NCBI GenBank assembly: GCA_046706305.1
Contig: JBJKPQ010000039.1
Location: 12,428 to 76,427, forward strand
DNA: 64,000 bases
Direction: 5' to 3'
Source of the DNA: Bacteroidales bacterium
GTDB taxonomy: Bacteria > Bacteroidota > Bacteroidia > Bacteroidales > VadinHA17
Part shown: piece after piece, positions 54,795 to 63,351 of the stretch
Layout of the letters: every line of letters starts with the position of its first letter
How positions within the stretch are numbered: the first letter of the stretch is position 1
The notes under the pieces: model-generated
Told to the model about the DNA's origin: nothing
The model's database searches: none
The model's input: the letters and a program-made list of their open reading frames with translations, nothing else
Program-made: the position numbers and the translations under genes

Positions 54795-57629
54795 TCAATC
54801 TCCGCTTTTAAAATACCGGGAAAACAACTGTTTCAACTCATCGATCCGTACAGGCTTCGATATAAAATCTCTGATCCCCGATATCTCGGCTTTACGTTTA
54901 GTTTCCGGCATATTATCGGCAGTAAAAGCCACTATTAGTGCGGTTTTATCATATTCAAGGATCTTTTGTGCCGATTCAAAGCCATCCATCTCAGGCATGA
55001 TAAGATCCATAAAGATGATATCATACTTCTTCGCCTTTGTCATGTTATAACCGGCATAACCGTCTTCTGCCACATCATAGGAATATCCAAGGTTTTTGAG
55101 CATCATCCCGATAACCTTCTGGTTCATCTTATTATCCTCAACAACAAGAACATTCAGATTATTCCTGACCGGCTCTTCCTCTGACGGCTTGTACAATTCT
55201 TCAATAAAAGGGAAACTTGTCTTCACAGTATTTACCAGATCGCTGGTATCGAAAGGTTTTATCAGGTACCCGTCGATGCCATAGCTTATACATTTCATGT
55301 AGTTCCCTTTCCTGTCGTTGCTTGTTATCATCAGTATTATGAAATGTCCCGACAGTTTATTCTCCCAGATCACCCTCGCAGCTTCAAACCCGTCAAAATT
55401 ATCATCGTCAAATATTACAACAAGGTTATATTTTTCATGAGGATAATTCATATTCTCACGTATCTGGTTGACTGTTGTTTTCATATATGTAGTTACTCTG
55501 ACAACCAGTCCCATTTTGTGCATTACACTGAGAACCTCTTCGTCGCGTATCTGCGAACCGGTTATTACGAGGGTACGTATGTCACTGAATTTTTTTATTG
55601 TCTCCGGTGCAAGGTCTTTTATTTGTTTATCATTGGAGAATGTTTCAATAGTAAATTCTATCCTGATACCATCATTACCTGGTAATCCCGAAGGGCTTTC
55701 CGCATGAAATTCACCCCCCATGAGTTCCACAAGCTGACGTGCTAAAACAGTGCTGAAGTTGATTTCATCTCCCGACCTTACCGGCCGTGATTCCATGTTG
55801 ACAAATTCGCCGAATATCTTTTTCAGAGTGGCCTGGTCATAGCTCTTACCCGTGTCGAGTAACTCAAATCCCAGTATAACAATGCCATTATTATTACTTT
55901 TCAACAGGCATCTCAGCCTTATCTCACCTTTCTCAGTATTCTTCACCGAATGATTAAGAAGGTTGGAAATGACCTGCCGCAGCCTGAAAGGATCGCCTAT
56001 AATACTTTCGGGCACATCCTCATCCACTAAAATATGCAGTTCTGTCCGGGTATGCAGCATATTGGTACGGGCCAGATCATAGCAATAAGTTATCTCTTCG
56101 CGGAGATTAAAAGGCACTTCATCGAGTATCATTTTCCCAGACTCAATTTTCGAGAAATCGAGAATATCATTAATGATATTGAGAAGGACCTCTGTAGAAC
56201 GGCGAAGGAGATTAACTATCTCAAGTACATCGGGAGACAGGTTGAATTTATACAAGACATCCGTCATTCCGATGATGCCGTTGAGAGGAGTCCTTATTTC
56301 GTAGCTCATCCTGGCGAGAAACTCTGTTTTAGCCACATTTGCTTTGGCTTCCTGCTGCCGGGCCGATTCGAGCATCGTCACATCAATGAGTATCTCCATT
56401 GTTGCATCATCGCCCATAAAATTAACAGGGATGCTGTTTCTGAAGAGTACTATTTCGCCTATTTCTTTCTTGATGATAACAAACTGATTGCGGTTGAAAG
56501 TCCCACCCAGGTTTTTCGAGAAATAATCACTTTCTTCAGGGGCCGACGATTCAGGGAATATCTTACCCTTCATTGCCGATTCATCGTTGTAAGAGTATTG
56601 TGTTGCAGCAACCTTGTTGGCTTTGAGAATCTCCCTGGCTTTATTATGGATTATGATTCCCACAGGCATCTCTTCAATAAGCCTGAAGAGCATGGATTCA
56701 GATGATTTGAGCCGTTCCATCTCTTTCTTCTGACCTTTGAAGTATCGCCAGAAAAGAAAGATTATCACCTGTATCAGAAACAACGTGCACAGTACTATTA
56801 AGAGGGAGTTCCTGATAATATATTTCTGAAAGAGGTCGGTCTTGGCAGAAAACACGAGTACGAAGTCACGTCCAAGCAAAGGAGCCGAGTAATAGGCGGA
56901 GATAAGATCTGTTTTTATCCCGTCTATCTCAGCCCTCAGGGGAGTATCGCCTGTCGATTCACTTCCCAGTCGACTTGTTATCCTGTCGGAGTTAAGATAT
57001 TTTATTTTTCGTTCGGTATTGTCATAGACAATCTCTCCGGAATCACCTACTACCCACTGCCACTGGTAATCTTTCAGGTTAAACTCCGAGAAAATGTCGG
57101 CAAAATATTTCTGGTAATCAACAGTAACCACCAGGTTCCCGTTCAGTTCATGAGTTTCCTGGTTAAGGACAGGCAGATAGTAATAATAAGTATTGTTTTC
57201 ATGGACAAGTCTTTCTGTAGGGTACATTTCAGCCTGTGAATGCAGGGAATATGTATTCTCGAGCCAGTCGCCCGGAGGTTCTGTGTCCTTTTTCAGTGAA
57301 TATTCATTTTTATTCTCGTCGTAATATTTAATCCCTGTAACAAAATTCTGGTATTTCGAAAAGAACAGTTTCATGTTTTCGATCAGTCGGCTTTTGATCT
57401 GCGGATTGGTAAAAAAACCTGAAGAATTAACTGAAAATGTTACCTGGTTAAGATCGCTTACAAACGAATTGTTGGTATTGTCAACAGAGATACCAATTAT
57501 TTGAACCTGCCTGTCGAGTAATTCTGTTATGTATTTTATCTGTTTCTCATACAGGCTCTTGTAATAAATATAATTAGCAAGCATTATCAAAAGAAACGCC
57601 GAATAAACCAGTACAAGGATTCTTCTCAT
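54795..57629 (-). CDS. Hybrid sensor kinase-like protein with degenerate H-box/ATP lid and two C-terminal receiver-type domains
   Basis: 944 aa: N-terminal TM, ~250-aa extracytoplasmic domain, TM, PAS-like region, HisKA-like EFLARMSYEIRTPLNGIIG (Tyr where His is expected), HATPase-like domain, then a REC-like and a canonical REC domain (VVEDN, IIFMDLIMPEMDG, ISKP). Confidence 0.85.
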   Translation of the reverse strand: MRRILVLVYSAFLLIMLANYIYYKSLYEKQIKYITELLDRQVQIIGISVDNTNNSFVSDLNQVTFSVNSSGFFTNPQIKSRLIENMKLFFSKYQNFVTGIKYYDENKNEYSLKKDTEPPGDWLENTYSLHSQAEMYPTERLVHENNTYYYYLPVLNQETHELNGNLVVTVDYQKYFADIFSEFNLKDYQWQWVVGDSGEIVYDNTERKIKYLNSDRITSRLGSESTGDTPLRAEIDGIKTDLISAYYSAPLLGRDFVLVFSAKTDLFQKYIIRNSLLIVLCTLFLIQVIIFLFWRYFKGQKKEMERLKSSESMLFRLIEEMPVGIIIHNKAREILKANKVAATQYSYNDESAMKGKIFPESSAPEESDYFSKNLGGTFNRNQFVIIKKEIGEIVLFRNSIPVNFMGDDATMEILIDVTMLESARQQEAKANVAKTEFLARMSYEIRTPLNGIIGMTDVLYKFNLSPDVLEIVNLLRRSTEVLLNIINDILDFSKIESGKMILDEVPFNLREEITYCYDLARTNMLHTRTELHILVDEDVPESIIGDPFRLRQVISNLLNHSVKNTEKGEIRLRCLLKSNNNGIVILGFELLDTGKSYDQATLKKIFGEFVNMESRPVRSGDEINFSTVLARQLVELMGGEFHAESPSGLPGNDGIRIEFTIETFSNDKQIKDLAPETIKKFSDIRTLVITGSQIRDEEVLSVMHKMGLVVRVTTYMKTTVNQIRENMNYPHEKYNLVVIFDDDNFDGFEAARVIWENKLSGHFIILMITSNDRKGNYMKCISYGIDGYLIKPFDTSDLVNTVKTSFPFIEELYKPSEEEPVRNNLNVLVVEDNKMNQKVIGMMLKNLGYSYDVAEDGYAGYNMTKAKKYDIIFMDLIMPEMDGFESAQKILEYDKTALIVAFTADNMPETKRKAEISGIRDFISKPVRIDELKQLFSRYFKSGD

Positions 57630-57689
57630 CTCAAAATTTGTTTATCTGCCAGGGTTATAAAGATACTCTTAAAAACAATACTTATCAAT

Positions 57690-58616
57690 TTACCTGTATT
57701 TACGGTCATCATCTTCCATTATATTAAGATAACTGCGGTATCTTAAAAGGTCAATTTCTCCCTTCACAACCGCCTCCCTTACAGCGCATCCCGGTTCATC
57801 GAGGTGCAGGCAGTTTGTAAACCTGCAATGTTGTGAGGTACGGAATATTTCAGGGAAGAAGTGGTATATTTCATTTCTTTCCATATCTGCCACACCAAAG
57901 CCTCTTATACCGGGAGTGTCTATAACAAAGCCACCAAAAGGCATAGGATGCATTTCAGGGAATGTTGTTATATGTTTTCCCTGTTTGTGGTAGTCGGATA
58001 TTTCTTCAGTTTTTAGCTTCAGTGAAGGATTAAGAGAATTAAGAAGAGTTGTTTTCCCCACACCTGAATTTCCGGAAACAAGGGTTATTTTATCTTTCAG
58101 TGCTGAAACAAGGGTCTCACTGATGCTCTCCTTCCGGAGTGAGATTCTGATACACCTGTATCCTACTCTGGTATAGACCTTTTCAAGATGCTTCATCCTG
58201 TCAAGTTCTTTTTCACCGTAAAGATCTGTTTTGTTTATGATAATGGTAGCAGGCACCCTGTAAGCCTCGGCCGTTATAAGGAACCTGTCAATAAATTCAG
58301 GAGGAGTCTCCGGATTAATTATTGTTATCATCAGAAATACCTGGTCGAGATTGGCAGCTATTACCTGGAACTGCCTGGAAAGGTTGGATGATTTCCTGAG
58401 GATATAGTTTCTTCGGGGAGACACTTCTGCAATAATACCTGTTCCGGTAGCCGGATCTGCAGAAAAAATAACATTATCACCTACGGCCACCGGGTTAGTG
58501 GTCTTTATATTTTTTGTCCTCAGCTTTCCTTTGACAGAACAGTTTGTCACCTGCCCGTCGTCACCGAGTACTTTATAATAGCTGCCTGTCGATTTTAATA
58601 CAAGTCCTTTTTTCAA
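57690..58616 (-). CDS. rsgA: Ribosome small-subunit-dependent GTPase A
   Basis: 308 aa with an apparent TTG start. OB-fold N-terminus, circularly permuted GTPase (NKTDL ... GNSGVGKTTLLN), zinc knuckle CRFTNCLHLDEPGC. Confidence 0.9.
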   Translation of the reverse strand: MKKGLVLKSTGSYYKVLGDDGQVTNCSVKGKLRTKNIKTTNPVAVGDNVIFSADPATGTGIIAEVSPRRNYILRKSSNLSRQFQVIAANLDQVFLMITIINPETPPEFIDRFLITAEAYRVPATIIINKTDLYGEKELDRMKHLEKVYTRVGYRCIRISLRKESISETLVSALKDKITLVSGNSGVGKTTLLNSLNPSLKLKTEEISDYHKQGKHITTFPEMHPMPFGGFVIDTPGIRGFGVADMERNEIYHFFPEIFRTSQHCRFTNCLHLDEPGCAVREAVVKGEIDLLRYRSYLNIMEDDDRKYR

Positions 58617-58633
58617 AAGAAATCCGTTTCCGG

Positions 58634-58641
58634 CAAAATTA
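58634..58641 (-). promoter_or_regulatory. Candidate -7 box (TAATTTTG) for rsgA
   Basis: Minus-strand TAATTTTG matches TAnnTTTG, 18 nt upstream of the TTG start at 58616. Confidence 0.35.
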
Positions 58642-58692
58642 AGGAAAATTGGAGTAAATAATTTTTATGCCTGTCCGTTCTGAGATGTAAAA

Positions 58693-59895
58693 TCAGCTGT
58701 CCGATGCCATAAGCAGGAAAGGCCTCATTTCAAAGCTGTGATAGAATGGCCTCAGTCTTTCAGTGTTGTAGTAATCGGATACCTTGACAATTTTTTTTGA
58801 TGATGTGACCACATCGATCGGCAGGTTGTCATATCTGCCGTTTTTAAGCACAACAATCCGGCCGTGTACACCTTTGAGGATCAGGTCAAGTGCCAGGTTG
58901 CCGTAAGCCATTGGAACAATCGAATCAAGTGCATCAGGGTCTCCGCCGCGAACCATGTAGCCCAGCTTCTGATTAATTATATTTATCGTTTTCCCCTTGT
59001 TATATTTACCGGATAACTCCTTCAGTTTTGTAGAGACAAGTTCTCCTATGCCTCCTAGTTTCGCATGACCGTACGCATCTTTTTCACTGTCGGAAAAGAT
59101 CATGTTACCCCCTTTGAACATTGCACCTTCCGAGACTAGAACAACTGAGTATTTGCTGGGGTTATGGTTCCTGTCCTCAACAAGCAATTCTGTCAGGCGG
59201 TCTATATCAAATTCATACTCCGGAATAACACACCTGTTGGCAGCACCAGCCATTGTAGGCAGCATTGCGGTGAATCCGGCATACCTCCCGAAAACCTCCA
59301 GGACCAGCAGCCTTTCATGCGATCCGGCAGATGTTCTCAGGCTGTTTGTCATTTGAATTGTACGGGTAACACACGTACTGAAGCCGATGCAATAATCGGT
59401 ACCCGGAACATCGTTATCCATTGTCTTTGGTATGGCTACGACATTAACTCCATGTTTGTAGAGATAAACACCATAGCTAAGGGTATCATCACCGCCGATA
59501 GGGATCAGGTAATCTACACCCAGCCATTCAAGGTTTTTTATTACTTCGGGAGTAAGATCGTTGATCTCGTTGTTATACTTTCCCTGAAGGTGTTCAGGCA
59601 CACTATCCTTGGCCATATGGCTGGGTCTTGTACGTGAAGTATGCAGGAATGTACCTCCTGTACGTCCGGCCTTATTCACGATATCATCGGTAAGTATCTG
59701 ATAATTGTTACTGTTATCAGCCTTGGCGTCACGTATAAGTTCAGTAATACCAGCCCAGCCACGTCGAAGACCGATAACCTTATACCCTTCCCTGTTTGCA
59801 CGGATAGTTACCGCACGAATAGCCGGATTTAGCCCGGGAACATCGCCTCCCCCGGTAAGGATAGCAATCACTCCCTTTTTTTTCTGGTTTGCCAT
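58693..59895 (-). CDS. 6-phosphofructokinase, PFK-A family with PPi-type signature residues (400 aa paralog)
   Basis: ILTGGGDVPGLNPAIRAV, IPIGGDDTLSYG (Asp after GGD), IPKTMDNDV (Lys), LEVFGRYAGF, VSEGA, LGYMVRGG. Confidence 0.88.
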   Translation of the reverse strand: MANQKKKGVIAILTGGGDVPGLNPAIRAVTIRANREGYKVIGLRRGWAGITELIRDAKADNSNNYQILTDDIVNKAGRTGGTFLHTSRTRPSHMAKDSVPEHLQGKYNNEINDLTPEVIKNLEWLGVDYLIPIGGDDTLSYGVYLYKHGVNVVAIPKTMDNDVPGTDYCIGFSTCVTRTIQMTNSLRTSAGSHERLLVLEVFGRYAGFTAMLPTMAGAANRCVIPEYEFDIDRLTELLVEDRNHNPSKYSVVLVSEGAMFKGGNMIFSDSEKDAYGHAKLGGIGELVSTKLKELSGKYNKGKTINIINQKLGYMVRGGDPDALDSIVPMAYGNLALDLILKGVHGRIVVLKNGRYDNLPIDVVTSSKKIVKVSDYYNTERLRPFYHSFEMRPFLLMASDS

Positions 59896-59904
59896 AATAG
59901 TAAC

Positions 59905-59977
59905 GTTTGGAATTCGTTGAATGCAAGTTTTCTATAAAATTAAAGAAAACAAGCGAGAAAAACAACGAATTCCAAAC
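59905..59977. repeat. Perfect 15-bp inverted repeat (GTTTGGAATTCGTTG / CAACGAATTCCAAAC) with 43-nt spacer between the two PFK genes
   Basis: Arms at 59905-59919 and 59963-59977 are exact reverse complements. The element spans from 15 nt after the upstream stop to 9 nt before the downstream ATG. Confidence 0.9.
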
Positions 59978-59992
59978 TATGGCAGGTATCTG

Positions 59993-61252
59993 TCAGACCG
60001 GAAACTCGGGAGCAGTCTCGTCCCATTCCAGAATCTTGAAGAAATCATATTCCTCAGGATTCTTGACATACTTGCGGGCCCCGTTATAATCTTCCTTCGT
60101 GATATAATGAAGGTTATTCCTGAAGATAAGCTGAACTTTTTCAGAGTCTACATTTACAAGTCTCGGCTTAACCTTTCCTGCTTCGTCTTCAACATCCTTG
60201 AGGAAAAGAGGAGTAATACCGCCAACAGTATCTGATGTAACCATACATCCGGTCAACCCCTGTTTGAATAGTTTGAAAACACCCAGACCAAGACGTGTGG
60301 CATAAGCCAGATCGTAAGCAATAGGCCGGCAGCATCTGAGCTCATAACCCATTTCATTCGGACGTGATTTTACATTTATCCGAAGACTCTTAAGGGCCTG
60401 TTGAGTAAGCATATTAAAGATATGAGACTTGCTTACGTTACCCAGTTCCGGATGACCATGGTCGTCGAATGTAAAATTAATTCCCGTCTCAATAATCTCT
60501 TTCTCACTCATGAAGTGGAATACTCCTTCAGATATTATAGCCACACCGTAGTCAATGCCAAGGAGTCTTCTTTTAACCATGGAAGAGATGACAAGTTTTG
60601 TAATCTTGTCGAAAGTTATTTTCGTTTTATTGAAGATCTCCGGAATAATAATCATCGGATAATGACAGGCAGTCCCTATTCCAAAAGCAAGGTGCCCTGC
60701 TTCCCTGCCCATTGCTGAAACAACAAACCAGTTGCCGCTTGTACGTGCATCCTCGTAAATAGTGGTTGCAAGACGAACTCCTTCCTCCTTGGCCGAATGG
60801 TAACCAAATGTAGGTATACCTTCAGGAAGAGGCAGGTCGTTGTCTATAGTTTTCGGAACATGAATGTTTTTAACATCCATTTTTCTGTCTTTCAGAAATT
60901 TGGTAAGACGGTTAGCCGTAGAGGCAGTATCGTCACCTCCTATGGTAACAAGCAGTTTTACATTATTCTTCCTGAAAAAATCATCTTTAAATTCATCATC
61001 TTTTGGTTTGTGCCTGCTCATCTTAAGCGCTGAACCGCCACGACTGTAAATCTGATCTGCAAAATCAAAATCGAGATAGTCGTAGGAAGGCTCATCGGCA
61101 AAAAGTGATTTATACCCGCCATTGATCCCGAGTACTGTATATCCGTTCTGCAAAAATATCTTTGTTACGGAACTTATAACTGTATTAATACCGGGCGCCG
61201 GGCCCCCTGCACATAAAATTGCAACTGCATCTTTCATTTTACTGTTCTTCAT
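59993..61252 (-). CDS. 6-phosphofructokinase, PFK-A family with PPi-type signature residues (419 aa paralog)
   Basis: ILCAGGPAPGINTVISSV, VTIGGDDTASTA, VPKTIDNDL, VSAMGREAGHLA, ISEGV, MGYELRCC. Confidence 0.88.
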   Translation of the reverse strand: MKNSKMKDAVAILCAGGPAPGINTVISSVTKIFLQNGYTVLGINGGYKSLFADEPSYDYLDFDFADQIYSRGGSALKMSRHKPKDDEFKDDFFRKNNVKLLVTIGGDDTASTANRLTKFLKDRKMDVKNIHVPKTIDNDLPLPEGIPTFGYHSAKEEGVRLATTIYEDARTSGNWFVVSAMGREAGHLAFGIGTACHYPMIIIPEIFNKTKITFDKITKLVISSMVKRRLLGIDYGVAIISEGVFHFMSEKEIIETGINFTFDDHGHPELGNVSKSHIFNMLTQQALKSLRINVKSRPNEMGYELRCCRPIAYDLAYATRLGLGVFKLFKQGLTGCMVTSDTVGGITPLFLKDVEDEAGKVKPRLVNVDSEKVQLIFRNNLHYITKEDYNGARKYVKNPEEYDFFKILEWDETAPEFPV

Positions 61253-61512
61253 TAAAATATTATAAATTGATTTAACCTGTTAATCCTGTAACTGAAAAAA
61301 AATTTTTAAACAAAGCCACAAATATGACAATATCTTTTTAAAAAAATAATGGGGAAAAGTTATATTTTCAAGGCTAATCCATTATTTTCCCATTTATTGT
61401 GATAATCCTGATTCATAAAAGTTGATCTTTTCATCGATTTATTTGTTATAATAAATAGCATTTGGATATTATTTGTACATATTAGTTTAAACAAAAAGAC
61501 TCAAACAACATT

Positions 61513-62463
61513 ATGTCTGAAAATCAAGAGCATACATCATCGCCGGATTCCCCTCTGGTATTAATTACAGGGGGAAGGGGGCTTATAGGCCGCTATCTTA
61601 CTTCTCAGCTCCTATCTGAGGGCTACAATGTATCTCATCTATCACGACAATCGAACCAGTTCGGTAAAGTAAGGGTGTACAGGTGGGATCCTGGCAAAGG
61701 CATCCTCGATCCGGTGGTTTTTGAAGGAGTTGACTATATCATTCATCTTGCAGGAGCCAACCTGGGCACAAAACGATGGACAGACGCAAGGAAGGCAGAG
61801 ATAAAATCGAGCCGTATTGAATCATCAAAACTTATACATAAGGTAATTACGGAAAACAACATACCTGTCAAGGCATTTATTTCGGCATCAGCAGTAGGTT
61901 ATTATGGCGCCGTTACCAAAGACGGCATTTTCACGGAAGACGACCCTGCGGCAAATGACTTTACAGGTTCGGTATGCCAATTGTGGGAAGAATCGGCCGA
62001 TCTTTTCAGTAAAGCCGGTATCAGAACTGTAAAAATAAGAACAGCTATGGTGCTTGAAAAATACGACAGCGGCTTGTCAAGGCTTCTTAAGCCTGCATCC
62101 TATGGTGTATTTCCTATCCTGGGGAGTGGGAAACAATTTATGCCCTGGATACATATAAACGACCTTTGCAATGTGTACTTAAAAGCCATAAGGGATGATA
62201 ATATGAAAGGGCCCTATAATGCTGTCTCTCCCTCATTCACCACTCATTCTGAATTTATGAGAGTGCTGGCACGTACCATGAATAAACCCTTTTTTCATCC
62301 GCCTGTACCGGCATTTATCCTAAGGGCTGCCATGGGAGAAATGGCAGATATAATTTTGAAGGGAAGTAAAATATCTTCAGCAAAGCTGACAGCAACAGGA
62401 TATACCTTTAAATTTCCCGGACTCACAGAAGCTCTTGAGAATATATTAAACGGACCGTGCTAA
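61513..62463 (+). CDS. TIGR01777/YfcH-family NAD-dependent epimerase-like protein (SDR fold + DUF1731)
   Basis: 316 aa. Rossmann motif VLITGGRGLIGRYL, then IIHLAGANLGTKRWTDARKAEIKSSRIESSKLI, and a C-terminal DUF1731-like LKGSKISSAKLTATGYTFKFP. Confidence 0.85.
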   Translation: MSENQEHTSSPDSPLVLITGGRGLIGRYLTSQLLSEGYNVSHLSRQSNQFGKVRVYRWDPGKGILDPVVFEGVDYIIHLAGANLGTKRWTDARKAEIKSSRIESSKLIHKVITENNIPVKAFISASAVGYYGAVTKDGIFTEDDPAANDFTGSVCQLWEESADLFSKAGIRTVKIRTAMVLEKYDSGLSRLLKPASYGVFPILGSGKQFMPWIHINDLCNVYLKAIRDDNMKGPYNAVSPSFTTHSEFMRVLARTMNKPFFHPPVPAFILRAAMGEMADIILKGSKISSAKLTATGYTFKFPGLTEALENILNGPC

Positions 62464-62536
62464 AACATGATGAAAATACCGGAAAATGTTTCGATATGGT
62501 ATATCATCCTAAATAAAAATAGTATATATCAGTAAT

Positions 62537-63232
62537 CTATCCGCGTTTGGAGATGACTTCAAGTTTCCCCGGATCTACAATTTCAATTGTTTTTCCAAAG
62601 ATCCTGATTATTCCTTCACGTTTAAATTCAGAAAGTGTGCGGATGACATTCGCAGTACTCATCCCGATATAGTCAGCAATTTCCTTCCTTGATACAGGCA
62701 GGTCAAATACACGCGACTTATAAATATCATTTGTGAAATAAAGCAGGACATAAGCCACTCTTCCCACGAGGTTCTTTTGCCTTATGTCAAGAGTCTGGCT
62801 TATTATCTTATCATTTATCATCGATATTTTCGTCAGAAGGCCCATGGCAAAGCCGCCATTCTTCATGAAAAGGTCTTTAATAAATGATAATTTAATGCTG
62901 CACACAACTGAATCTTCAAGAGCAGATACTGAAAACTGGTATTTCTCTTCGGAAAAAATACTCATGTTACTTACAAACTCAAACGGCCGGGTTATAGTAA
63001 TTATCTGCTCTTCGCCAGTTGTGGCTCTTCTATAAAGTTTCACAAGGCCGCTTTTAAGATATTTGAATGTGTGTATCTTCTCTCCCTCATGATTGATCAC
63101 CTCGCCTTTCCGGAAGAACTGCTCCTCCTTATTATGGCATAATTCATCTATGGAACCATCATCGAGATAAGAAAATACCACATCTCGGAATTCGCATTCT
63201 GCACAAATGCACGGGTTTTTCTTGTCGCTCAC
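62537..63232 (-). CDS. Crp/Fnr-family transcriptional regulator with N-terminal Cys cluster
   Basis: 231 aa with a GTG start. cNMP-binding-like barrel and C-terminal HTH (SRKEIADYIGMSTANVIRTLSEFKREGII). The N-terminus MSDKKNPCICAECEF has a CxCxxC cluster. Confidence 0.85.
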   Translation of the reverse strand: MSDKKNPCICAECEFRDVVFSYLDDGSIDELCHNKEEQFFRKGEVINHEGEKIHTFKYLKSGLVKLYRRATTGEEQIITITRPFEFVSNMSIFSEEKYQFSVSALEDSVVCSIKLSFIKDLFMKNGGFAMGLLTKISMINDKIISQTLDIRQKNLVGRVAYVLLYFTNDIYKSRVFDLPVSRKEIADYIGMSTANVIRTLSEFKREGIIRIFGKTIEIVDPGKLEVISKRG

Positions 63233-63247
63233 GATAAAAAATTTTCA

Positions 63248-63255
63248 CAAAATTA
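63248..63255 (-). promoter_or_regulatory. Candidate -7 box (TAATTTTG) for the Crp/Fnr gene
   Basis: Minus-strand TAATTTTG matches TAnnTTTG, 16 nt upstream of the GTG start (63232). This supports that start. Confidence 0.4.
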
Positions 63256-63351
63256 CCATTTTCCTATACACTTTGTAACAATTATTTAATTTATTGCCAA
63301 ATTTGGTCCTGTTTTATAAATAATTTATCTATTTAACCCTTTCCACGGTAA

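Noticed and set aside
61346-61395. Imperfect inverted repeat AATAATGGGGAAAA ... TTTTCCCATTTATT in the PFK/epimerase divergent spacer.
   Set aside because: It needs a bulge and has a 25-nt loop in very AT-rich DNA. It is too weak to call a regulatory structure without comparative data.
61422-61437. FNR/CRP-like box TTGATCTTTTCATCGA upstream of the TIGR01777-family gene.
   Set aside because: The half-site spacing is 6 rather than 4, and the second half-site is ATCGA rather than ATCAA. In an AT-rich 260-nt spacer this is likely chance.
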